Source: Patescibacteria group bacterium (GTDB lineage: Bacteria; Patescibacteriota; Minisyncoccia; Phycocordibacterales; Phycocordibacteraceae). From it: 64,000 bases of DNA. Below the pieces are notes generated by a model. The model did not search any database, was not told the DNA's origin, and saw nothing but the letters and a program-made list of their open reading frames with translations. Positions 30,202-38,998 of this stretch are shown here, one piece after another (within the stretch, counting starts at the first letter, position 1; every line of letters starts with the position of its first letter). The stretch spans positions 12,993 to 76,992 of the forward strand of contig SCTS01000002.1 of assembly GCA_004322365.1 (NCBI GenBank), in the 5' to 3' direction. The position numbers and the translations under genes are program-made.

Positions 30202-31047
30202 CTATTGCGGTCCGTGTACGCCCTCCAAAAGATCTGGATCCTTCCCCGTACTTTTGAGAAGTTGAATATTTTTTTCTTGGAGATGTTTCAATGCCCCCGC
30301 ACCAATGTTGTCATCAACATGTAATGAATAAAAATCATTAAATGCAGAAAGATCCTTTATAAGACAATACCCACCTGCGCCACGACCACCTTCAAAATTC
30401 ACTGTGAGATGGGTTTTCCCAATACGCGGATCAGCGCCAAAAGCATCCTTTACTTTTTCGTAGTCAGCGCCAATAGAGTTGGATAAATCAAAAAGCATAT
30501 TTGCAAACACCACTTTCATTGCAAGAAAAACATTGCCTGCGTACTTCACAAGCTCACTTTCCTTTGATGTAACAATCGTTTGAAATGGCGACTTTGGAAA
30601 TGTCGCAAGGACTGCCTCTGCTGCTGCTCGGTGTTCTGGAGTGTCTTTTGGTATACCAACAATATTCCTGTCAGGATTCTGAACATCCGCATCAGCTGAG
30701 CGTGCACGCAAGAATTCTGGGGAATGAAGTATGACTCTGTCAGGATACATCTCCTGAATCTTCTCAGTCGTACCGGGCAACAAAGTCGACTTAATGACTA
30801 CAATTTTTCCTACTCCGACGAGATCCATAACTCCTTCAACGATAGACGAGTCAAATCCTTCAGGTGTTGTGGGTGTTGGTACTGCAATAATAACAACGTC
30901 ACATTCTAGAATTGCATCTTTATTGCCGATATACGCAGGCTCTTTTGAATACCGCACTACTGAAAAGCCTCGACGCTCATAATCGTCGGCATACGCCTTT
31001 CCAATGAATCCTTGTCCGATAAAACCAATTTTCATAGAGTTCTGCAC
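30202..31047 (-). CDS. Nucleotide-sugar dehydrogenase homolog (UDP-glucose/GDP-mannose 6-dehydrogenase family) lacking the C-terminal UDP-binding domain
   Basis: MKIGFIGQGFIGKAYA Rossmann motif, central domain, and GGYCLIKD catalytic-Cys motif (compare GGSCFPKD). Only 281 aa, with no room for the C-terminal domain before the next gene. Confidence 0.5.
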   Translation of the reverse strand: MQNSMKIGFIGQGFIGKAYADDYERRGFSVVRYSKEPAYIGNKDAILECDVVIIAVPTPTTPEGFDSSIVEGVMDLVGVGKIVVIKSTLLPGTTEKIQEMYPDRVILHSPEFLRARSADADVQNPDRNIVGIPKDTPEHRAAAEAVLATFPKSPFQTIVTSKESELVKYAGNVFLAMKVVFANMLFDLSNSIGADYEKVKDAFGADPRIGKTHLTVNFEGGRGAGGYCLIKDLSAFNDFYSLHVDDNIGAGALKHLQEKNIQLLKSTGKDPDLLEGVHGPQ

Positions 31048-31083
31048 TGAATAGTACTAAAATAAACGCCTTTAAGCGATGCT

Positions 31084-32160
31084 TTATATAGAACACCTCG
31101 AGAGTGCCCTTTGGTAACAGAGGAGATACTCTTCCATAGACATACTATGATGACGGGCAGACTCAAGAGCCTGAGCGCCCAAACGCATGCGGATCTCCTT
31201 GTCTTCAATGAGGCGCTTCATAGCGACTGCAATTGCCGAGCTAGTTCCCGAGACTACCAAGGCTTCCTTTTTATCCTCGAACACTTCGCCAACAATCCCA
31301 ACATCAGTTGTAATTATTGCCAACCCAGAGAGCCCTGCTTCTATAAGAGATACTCCGTACCCCTCAAATCGAGACGCCTGAACAAACACATCTGCACTTT
31401 CATAGTATTGCGCAGGATCTTGCCATCCCACAAAACGAACCCTCTCCCCTAACCCTAAACGCTTTACCCTAAACTCTAAACTTTTCTTCAGCGGTCCATC
31501 ACCGACAATGGTGAGCTCAGCATCAGGAGTAAGAGCGACGGCATCAATAATTAAATGAACTCGTTTTTCACTCGTCAGTCTAGAAACTGATAGGAATTTC
31601 AAAGAACCAATGTTGGACCTCGTAGGTCCAACGTCTGAAGTGTATTCAGTATGTATAGGAAGCACTGTCACAGGCACCTTTGTAACTTTGCGGACACTTT
31701 TTAGAACACGCTCTGAAACAACACGGATGCAGGTAGCACGACCTAAAATAAAAATAGCGAGCAATGCCTCAATAACACGGCGAGGTGATTCCGTAAGAAA
31801 ACCGAGAGAAAAACAATCGGTATGGAGTTGTACTTGAAATGGAATATGGCGAGCTTTCGCAATACCGTATCCCAATACACCAATGAAAAAAGGATCTTGT
31901 GCTGACACGATGTCATATGCTTTCTCTTTAGTGAGCGCACGAAGAGTTCTTTGCATATTTAAAAAACTTGAAAATCTATTTGTACCTCCAGCAGTCACCG
32001 CTCGAACATTCGGTGCAAGTGTTATTTCTTGAGGCACTCCAACTCCAGCCACAACAATCAATAATTCATCAACAATACTGCCGTAAAGAGCCATGCGATT
32101 TGCTACGCGTGAACCTGCATCAAAAATCTTTACATCACTTGAAAGCATCAAGAGGTGCAT
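31084..32160 (-). CDS. GT4-family glycosyltransferase
   Basis: C-terminal EGYGVSLIEAGLSGLAIITTDVG GT-B motif; 358 aa. Confidence 0.65.
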   Translation of the reverse strand: MHLLMLSSDVKIFDAGSRVANRMALYGSIVDELLIVVAGVGVPQEITLAPNVRAVTAGGTNRFSSFLNMQRTLRALTKEKAYDIVSAQDPFFIGVLGYGIAKARHIPFQVQLHTDCFSLGFLTESPRRVIEALLAIFILGRATCIRVVSERVLKSVRKVTKVPVTVLPIHTEYTSDVGPTRSNIGSLKFLSVSRLTSEKRVHLIIDAVALTPDAELTIVGDGPLKKSLEFRVKRLGLGERVRFVGWQDPAQYYESADVFVQASRFEGYGVSLIEAGLSGLAIITTDVGIVGEVFEDKKEALVVSGTSSAIAVAMKRLIEDKEIRMRLGAQALESARHHSMSMEEYLLCYQRALSRCSI

Positions 32161-32161
32161 A

Positions 32162-33277
32162 TCAGTGTGTGTTCATCCCTTTTAGAAGCTTAGCGATTTC
32201 ATCAATCATGCGCTCATTAGAAAATTGCTTAACGCGCCGTTTCGCTGAAGCAACGAGATTGGCACGAAGTGTTGCGTCTCCCAAAAGAGCATTTGTATGG
32301 TTCATGATTGCATCCGCATCGTTTGCCTTCACAAGGTAGCCATTTTTTGCATGATCAACAATTTCCACATTGCCACCAACTTTGGTAGTAATAATAGGCA
32401 CGCCAATTGCCATTGCCTCCAAAATGAGATGCGAAAATCCTTCGTATGCAGTATTGAGAATAAACACATCAGACGCACGAAGATAGCGTATGAGAATATC
32501 TCGCTCTAAAGAGCCTGCGAAGATAACGTCATTCTCAACACCTGTTTCAACAGCAAGACGCTCGAGCATGCCTGCATCAGGACCTGAACCAATGATAAGC
32601 AGTTTTGTTTCTGGAAAAGATTTTTGAATTTTTGGAAGCAGACGAATGAGTGTGTCGAAACCTTTCCATGGCACCAACCTTCCCACTGATACAAGAAGTT
32701 TTCCATGAAACCTCAAGAGTCCACGAAGCACTGTTTTATTGCCAGTGTCTCCTAAGTCTTCAATGCCGTTGTATATAACTGAAACTTTTTTATGAGAGAG
32801 ATTCCATGCTCCAAGAATTTTTGCTAAATACTTTGACGGCACCACCACTCTGTCAGCACGACTTGCAACAGCACGCTCAACAAAGCGAAACATCTTAGGG
32901 ATTAGTGGAAGCGTAGCGTATTGAAATGATTCAAGGGTGCCAGTGTAACCAAAGCGTTGTGTCGCCTGCTCCCATGCGTAGTCACCAACAACTTTCAATA
33001 CAAAAGTTTTTTTCATGAAAAACGAAGCAATCATCGTCGGCACGCCGACAGACATTGGGTCTTGCGCATAAAGAATGTCAGCACGACGACCCTCCTTAAG
33101 TATGAGGAAAAAATACACTATATGGCGTATGAATTTCGGAAAACGACGGACTTTTATGAACGGCAAAACAATCACCTCAATTCCATACTGAGGAAGCGCC
33201 ACTTCAAGTTTCCTTGAATAGGTTGCGGGTCCGCCAATCTCGGGCGGGTAGAGTCCTGTCGCAATAAGGACTTTCAT
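32162..33277 (-). CDS. GT4-family glycosyltransferase
   Basis: MKVLIATGLYPPEIGGPATYS N-terminus and EGFSHLILEAMAIGVPIITTKVGG C-terminal motif. Confidence 0.7.
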   Translation of the reverse strand: MKVLIATGLYPPEIGGPATYSRKLEVALPQYGIEVIVLPFIKVRRFPKFIRHIVYFFLILKEGRRADILYAQDPMSVGVPTMIASFFMKKTFVLKVVGDYAWEQATQRFGYTGTLESFQYATLPLIPKMFRFVERAVASRADRVVVPSKYLAKILGAWNLSHKKVSVIYNGIEDLGDTGNKTVLRGLLRFHGKLLVSVGRLVPWKGFDTLIRLLPKIQKSFPETKLLIIGSGPDAGMLERLAVETGVENDVIFAGSLERDILIRYLRASDVFILNTAYEGFSHLILEAMAIGVPIITTKVGGNVEIVDHAKNGYLVKANDADAIMNHTNALLGDATLRANLVASAKRRVKQFSNERMIDEIAKLLKGMNTH

Positions 33278-33337
33278 GAGTGCACTATATCAAAATCAGC
33301 AACTTCGCGTCGTTAATTGACGAAACATGAATACCGC

Positions 33338-34285
33338 TCAAAAACTGAGACCCTGAGGACGTATAGGGTTCTCTTTTCTGAGAGTAATCAACTCACGAAT
33401 ACCCGTCTGCAAAGAAACACGAGGTGCATAGCCAAGAATGGTGGAAATTTTAGAAAGATCTGCCTGCTGATTCTGAATATAGCCTGACGGAATTGGATTT
33501 TCTATAAATGTCGCTGGTATAGCCACCTCACGCTCCGCATTAATGATGTCTACAAGGTCACGCACACTCACTGCCTCACTTGTACCAACATTGAAAATCT
33601 CAAACCCAGAAATATCCGCCGTGATGGCAAGTTCGAACGCGGAGACAAGATCATGAACGCTCGTAAAATCGCGTGTCTGTGTACCGTCACCATAAATGAC
33701 CGGCGACTTCCCTTCTTCCATTCCCCAAATAAATTGCGATACCAAATTTGCAAAAGCCCCCTTATGTTCTTCATGGGGTCCGTACACACTCATAAAACGA
33801 AACGCGACTATGGGCATACCATGGAGTGCGCTAAAAACTCTTGAGATATTTTCTTGTGCATACTTACTCACCGCATAGAAATTAGTCGGTATAACCTCTT
33901 GTGTTTCTTTGAGTGGAACCGGATTATTAGCGTACACCGATGAAGTTGAGGCAAAAAGAACTTTTTTTGCTTTCACTGCCACTGCGTACTCAAGAACGGC
34001 AATGTGCCCCAATATGTTATTAGACAGAGCTCCAGATAAATCAACAGTAAACATTGGTGATGAAGAAGACGCGGCGAGATGGATAATGATGTCTGGAGCA
34101 TCTGCTTTTTTTAAAACGGACATATCTCGCACATCACCCTCAATACAGAGAATGCCGGGCTCAAGATTTTCTGGAACGCCGAGCGAAAAATTATCTATAA
34201 CGGTAACGCTATGACCTTGCTGAGAAAAAGTATTCGCCGCATTACTGCCGATAAACCCAGCGCCACCAGTGATAAGTATTTTCAT
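33338..34285 (-). CDS. NAD-dependent sugar epimerase (GalE/WbpP-like UDP-hexose 4-epimerase family)
   Basis: MKILITGGAGFIGSN, YAVSKYA (YxxxK); 315 aa. Confidence 0.65.
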   Translation of the reverse strand: MKILITGGAGFIGSNAANTFSQQGHSVTVIDNFSLGVPENLEPGILCIEGDVRDMSVLKKADAPDIIIHLAASSSSPMFTVDLSGALSNNILGHIAVLEYAVAVKAKKVLFASTSSVYANNPVPLKETQEVIPTNFYAVSKYAQENISRVFSALHGMPIVAFRFMSVYGPHEEHKGAFANLVSQFIWGMEEGKSPVIYGDGTQTRDFTSVHDLVSAFELAITADISGFEIFNVGTSEAVSVRDLVDIINAEREVAIPATFIENPIPSGYIQNQQADLSKISTILGYAPRVSLQTGIRELITLRKENPIRPQGLSF

Positions 34286-34294
34286 GATTAATTT

Positions 34295-35389
34295 TTATGA
34301 AAGGTGTGGCTCGTTTTCAAGAAGCCGTTGCAATGTGGGCTTTATATCCTGACTTCTATTTTTAGACATAATCAAGACCGCGTCTTCAGTTTCTACCACA
34401 ATAAGATTATCAACCCCAATAGCAACGATTGGTCTATGGGTACTTATGAGGAGAGTATTTTTACTTTCATGCTCAACCACTTTCCCTGCAGTATGAAGAC
34501 CCTTCTTTCTTTTCTGAGTGAGAATACTGTGTACGGCTTCCCAATCACCGATATCAGACCAATCGACAGAAGACGGAATAACAATGAGTCGTGCAGTCTT
34601 TTCAGTAATCAAGTACTCAAACGACTGTTTTGATAGTTTCTTAAAATACACTCCTGCACTTTTTGATTTATCTGCGAGAGCCCCTACAAGAAGATGAATA
34701 TTTTCTTTATATTCTTTTTTCGATTTCTTCAGCATCTCCAAAAGATTTTTTGCGTTTGTGATTTTATAGCCGGTATTCCATAAGTAACGCCCAGAAGCGA
34801 TGAACTTCAATGCGTGCTTTGTGTCAGGCTTCTCAACAAAAGATTCAACACGGTACAGCGGTGCCCGAAATCCTTTGATTGGCTTCGCATCATTAAAACG
34901 TATATATCCTAAACCTGTGTGAGGTGAAAGTGGTCGTACTCCTATCATCACAATATCCTCAGGAAACTGCCGTGCTGCATCAAAACCCAACGCAACAGAG
35001 TCATGAAAAATCTTCGGAGTATCGATGAGATGGTCTGAGTTAAAAATTCCTACAGTAGCATCTTTATCTTTTGCATAAATCACCGCCGCAGCAAACGCAA
35101 ACGCTGGTGCGGTATCACGAGCTTCAGGTTCAATGATTATGTTCTTCTTCGCAATATCTGGCTCCTGCTCCTGTATATACGATAAATATTCTGCAGGAAT
35201 TTGTACAAAAATCTTCTCTGGGGCGAATGACAGCAAGAGCTGTTTGTACATGAGCTGAAAAAGCGTTTTCTCTCCAACGAAGCGTTGAAACTGCTTCGGT
35301 TTATTTTTTCGACTCAAAGGCCAAAGTCGTGTTCCGCTACCGCCAGCCATGATGACTGCGTAGTCATGAGAGTTTTTTGTTTTTTTCAT
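34295..35389 (-). CDS. Mannose-1-phosphate guanylyltransferase-like nucleotidyltransferase (ManC/CpsB N-terminal domain type)
   Basis: AVIMAGGSGTRLWPLSRKNKPKQF signature; 364 aa, no cupin/PMI domain. Confidence 0.6.
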   Translation of the reverse strand: MKKTKNSHDYAVIMAGGSGTRLWPLSRKNKPKQFQRFVGEKTLFQLMYKQLLLSFAPEKIFVQIPAEYLSYIQEQEPDIAKKNIIIEPEARDTAPAFAFAAAVIYAKDKDATVGIFNSDHLIDTPKIFHDSVALGFDAARQFPEDIVMIGVRPLSPHTGLGYIRFNDAKPIKGFRAPLYRVESFVEKPDTKHALKFIASGRYLWNTGYKITNAKNLLEMLKKSKKEYKENIHLLVGALADKSKSAGVYFKKLSKQSFEYLITEKTARLIVIPSSVDWSDIGDWEAVHSILTQKRKKGLHTAGKVVEHESKNTLLISTHRPIVAIGVDNLIVVETEDAVLIMSKNRSQDIKPTLQRLLENEPHLS

Positions 35390-35435
35390 AAAAATACTCG
35401 AGGAGTATGAAGTGTAGCAGAATCAGAAAAATGGC

Positions 35436-36638
35436 TCAAAATATACTGAACACCCTTTCTCGCATATCTTTGGCAATGTGATTCCAGTCATATCCTTTCT
35501 CGGTAAGTGCCTCTGCATTCTGTACCACTACAGCTACGGCTTCAGGGTGCGCCAATATATGCTTCACCGTTTCAGCTATCTGCTTAGGGCTGTCAGCGTC
35601 AACCGCAAAACCGGTTGGTGCTTTATCTGGATTGCGCACCGAGTCAAAGAGAAAATCAGCAATACCTCCTTCTTGGGTTGCAATCACAGGGATGCCACTA
35701 GCAAAAGCCTCTATAAATGAATTTCCCATACCCTCCGAGCGTGAAGGTCGAATGAATATGTCGGACACATGAAGATACTTCGGGATATCCCCGTAGGTAA
35801 CATGACCAAGAAACAGCACCCTAGTTTGTAACTTGGAGTTTGTAACTTGGAGTTTGAGCTTCTCTTCATCCGGACCAGTGCCGAGAATAAGAAATTTTAT
35901 ATTTTCAGGGAGAAGTGAGAGTGCATGAATAACATCATCAATTGCATTTTTATGAACGAGTCGTGATGCAGTAATGAGAAAAATATCATCCTTCCCTTTA
36001 TGGAGTTTTTCTTTAAGAGCAATGAGTTCCAACACAGGAACTTCCTTTGAAAACGCCACCGTGTTAACACCATTTGGAATTACTATCGGCTCGCCTGCAT
36101 AGCCCATTCGTTTTGCCCACGCCCCAAGAAAAGTGGAAATAACCTGCACCCTATCTGCACCTGTAAAAGCATATTTAAATAGAGGCCACGCTGGCAATGC
36201 AAGTCGTTCAATATATTTTGGCGGATCTCCCTCTTGAAGAGTAAGAACATATTTAACTGAAGGCTTAAGGAGTTTAAATATCCCTACTGCAATACCCACT
36301 GAATGCGCCATCATCCCCCATATCCCGTCGTAGCGGTATTTCTTATGAAGAGTAAGTGCGTAGAAAGGTGCGAGGCCTTGGAAAAGAAATTTATTTAAAG
36401 CAAGCGGAAACTTCTTTAAATCAGCCATTGACGGGTTGTTGGTAACAAACCCAATGCGGTGCACCAACACATTTCCTACCTGCTCCACTTTTGGTAGAGC
36501 CGAATCAAAACGAAGCGTCACCATATGAAACTCAATGTCTGTGCAGGCTACACGGTCGGTAATATCTTTAATGGCAACCTCAGCGCCCCCTATATATTTT
36601 GGATAGTATGCGAGAGAAAAAATGAGAACTCGTTTCAT
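35436..36638 (-). CDS. GT4-family glycosyltransferase
   Basis: LAYYPKYIGGAEVAIKDI N-terminus and EGMGNSFIEAFASGIPVIATQEGG C-terminal motif. Contains a 14-nt tandem duplication at about 35826-35853. Confidence 0.7.
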   Translation of the reverse strand: MKRVLIFSLAYYPKYIGGAEVAIKDITDRVACTDIEFHMVTLRFDSALPKVEQVGNVLVHRIGFVTNNPSMADLKKFPLALNKFLFQGLAPFYALTLHKKYRYDGIWGMMAHSVGIAVGIFKLLKPSVKYVLTLQEGDPPKYIERLALPAWPLFKYAFTGADRVQVISTFLGAWAKRMGYAGEPIVIPNGVNTVAFSKEVPVLELIALKEKLHKGKDDIFLITASRLVHKNAIDDVIHALSLLPENIKFLILGTGPDEEKLKLQVTNSKLQTRVLFLGHVTYGDIPKYLHVSDIFIRPSRSEGMGNSFIEAFASGIPVIATQEGGIADFLFDSVRNPDKAPTGFAVDADSPKQIAETVKHILAHPEAVAVVVQNAEALTEKGYDWNHIAKDMRERVFSIF

Positions 36639-37504
36639 TTCTTTCCTGTTACTTCATGAATGTACTCTGCCACACCTTTAGTCGGATTCCATCCCAGTGC
36701 CTGAGCCTTAGAAATATCAATAGCGGAACTGAGTCGGTTTCCTGCTCGCTCTGGCAACATCTCTATTTCGCCACCAAACATCTGTGCGATTTCGAGGACT
36801 GAATACTCTTGCGTATCTCCGAGCCCATAGTTATCGCCCTCACCTTTTTCACCAACCAGCGCCAGACCAGCAACAATGTCGCCAACATACGTGAAATTAC
36901 GCTTCTGTGTTCCCGGTGTCACCACACCGAGCACTTCTCCTTTCAAATGCTTCTGTCGAAATATTTCAATGAGCGTCCCGTATGCTCCGGAGCGCTCTCG
37001 AGGACCGTACACATTGTAGAAATAAGTAACTGCATACGACAGCCCGTACCACTCACCATAATTTTTTACGAGCTCAGTGTTCGCTGCCTTTGTCCACGCA
37101 TACGGAGTAGCCGTGCGACTCAAACCTCCATCACCAAACTTTGTTGAGGAACCCGCGTAGACTATTTTGCATTTTCGTTTTCTCCAAAACTCCAACACCC
37201 CAAAAGTACCGAGGGTATTCAAGTCAAACACCAACTCTGGTTCAGCGAGACTTATTTCCACGCGCGAATATTCACCAAGATGGTAGATGAGATCGATGTG
37301 CTCAGGAACAAACTTCTCAATGTCTTTCGTGTGTCCTTCTCGGTAATCCACCCCCGCAACATGGTTATCCTTTGAGCCAGCAAAATAGTTATCGAGCGAG
37401 ATGACCGTATGGCCATCTTTTACCAACCTCTCGCACAAGTGCGAACCTACAAGCCCAGCTCCGCCAGTGACTAAAATAGTTTTCTTTCCTGAGTCTTGAG
37501 CCAT
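36635..37504 (-). CDS. NAD-dependent epimerase/dehydratase family SDR (function unresolved; decarboxylase, reductase or epimerase)
   Basis: ILVTGGAGLVGSHL, YAWTKAA (YxxxK), NVYGPRE; 289 aa. Confidence 0.55.
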   Translation of the reverse strand: MAQDSGKKTILVTGGAGLVGSHLCERLVKDGHTVISLDNYFAGSKDNHVAGVDYREGHTKDIEKFVPEHIDLIYHLGEYSRVEISLAEPELVFDLNTLGTFGVLEFWRKRKCKIVYAGSSTKFGDGGLSRTATPYAWTKAANTELVKNYGEWYGLSYAVTYFYNVYGPRERSGAYGTLIEIFRQKHLKGEVLGVVTPGTQKRNFTYVGDIVAGLALVGEKGEGDNYGLGDTQEYSVLEIAQMFGGEIEMLPERAGNRLSSAIDISKAQALGWNPTKGVAEYIHEVTGKK

Positions 37505-37522
37505 GAATGTTGTTTTTTGATT

Positions 37523-38956
37523 CTACTCCTCCTCAATGATTGTATAGCCTGTTGTCGTACCTTTGCTACCCCGAATAAGTAACACGGCACCCACCGCTAT
37601 TCCAATGACCGCAAGAAGCCCTACAATCCAAGGAAGCATACCAAATGAAGCGAGTTCTGGCATTGAGGTTGAGCTAAGAGCAGTAATAGGTGCGGCGAGT
37701 AGATTTGAGGATGAGTTAGACGCACGCACCGTGTTTGAAGATTGCGCCTTGTTCGGTGAGGATGCTTGCGGGTATGACTGCGCTACCCCAGCTGTTTTTC
37801 GCGCCACAATTAACTCTGTCCCGTACGCAGCGGCAAGTGTGCCGTTTGGATACAGCAATGTCACCGCACGCGGCGAGGATGGCGCAAGTCCTGTCGCGAT
37901 ATTCGATATCGCAACAGATTCATGAGGAAACAAAATAGTATTCGCGGGAAATCTAAATATTTGACCATCGGCAGTTAGTTGCCATAAACCTAAGTTAAGT
38001 TCGATGTTGGAACTATTCGTAATTTCCACAAAATCAGAATTGACTTCGGAAACTGACACCTGCGCAGGTACAACTGTCACAATAAGTCGTGTAGTCGCAC
38101 TATATATTTCTGATGATGCATCAAGTATCACCACATACCTCCCTGGATATGGAAACGCATACAAAACCGAACGACCTTCACGACTCTCACCATTACCAAA
38201 ATTCCAAACCAAACGGGCGTTGGTAATGGCCTCCCCTTTCAAACCCTGCACACGCCCCTCGAATATAGTCCCCGCACTCGCAACCACCACCCTGTCTCCC
38301 CCAGCAGACACGCTAATCTTTGGTTCAATGAAATATGAGCCCCCGGAGTTTGATGAGGTGCTTGATGCACTGCTCGAACCAGAGGTCTCCGTACTAGTAC
38401 TTCCACCACCTGAAGTGCTAGGTGAACTACCACCACTAATCGCAGAGCCCGGTGTAGGCGAAGATGCCGTAAACGAAGATCCTACTTTCTGAAGCGAATT
38501 ACCATCACCGTTCGCACCTAGTGCAGGGCTATAGGTAATCGAATCAATATCAACCAAGGAATCATTTCGTAGTATCAGTACCTCGCCATTTGTATTATTT
38601 AATCCGCCTGAAAAAACAGTATCAAAAATTTGGCCAGAAAAGCTCGGCCAATCAGCAAGAAATTTTGAAGGATTATCTACCAAAACCACATACCCTCCTG
38701 TGGCTAGATTAGAACCTCCTGCATATGCGCTAATGCCATGATTTGTTCCGCCCTCAAATAACTTCCATTTTGAAAGATCAAAAGATGCGCCAGAGTTATA
38801 TACCTCCACCCATTCATGTCCATCATCCGCCCCACTCGGGTCGTACATAACCTCCGATATAGAAACGGAAGCGAAAGAATACAGAGGGGGAAAAGAAAAA
38901 AGAAATACTAAAATTAAGAAGGAATATTTACAGTGCGTATGCAGGCTCTGCGTCAT
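37523..38956 (-). CDS. Secreted/anchored lamin-tail-domain (LTD) protein with Ser/Gly-rich linker and C-terminal TM anchor
   Basis: Signal peptide; two LTD-like motifs (ISEVMYDPSGADDGHEWVEVYN and VSEVNSDFVEITN); S/G/T low-complexity stretch; C-terminal hydrophobic helix. Confidence 0.5.
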   Translation of the reverse strand: MTQSLHTHCKYSFLILVFLFSFPPLYSFASVSISEVMYDPSGADDGHEWVEVYNSGASFDLSKWKLFEGGTNHGISAYAGGSNLATGGYVVLVDNPSKFLADWPSFSGQIFDTVFSGGLNNTNGEVLILRNDSLVDIDSITYSPALGANGDGNSLQKVGSSFTASSPTPGSAISGGSSPSTSGGGSTSTETSGSSSASSTSSNSGGSYFIEPKISVSAGGDRVVVASAGTIFEGRVQGLKGEAITNARLVWNFGNGESREGRSVLYAFPYPGRYVVILDASSEIYSATTRLIVTVVPAQVSVSEVNSDFVEITNSSNIELNLGLWQLTADGQIFRFPANTILFPHESVAISNIATGLAPSSPRAVTLLYPNGTLAAAYGTELIVARKTAGVAQSYPQASSPNKAQSSNTVRASNSSSNLLAAPITALSSTSMPELASFGMLPWIVGLLAVIGIAVGAVLLIRGSKGTTTGYTIIEEE

Positions 38957-38998
38957 ACCTGGTAGTTTTTTATAACTACATAGTACAGCCTTTAAAAG

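Noticed and set aside
31443-31490. CCTAAAC heptamer repeats resembling the intergenic heptamer arrays
   Set aside because: They fall inside the coding region of a supported GT4 gene and translate to a sensible peptide (LEFRVKRLGLGERV); treated as coincidental sequence similarity, not a regulatory repeat.
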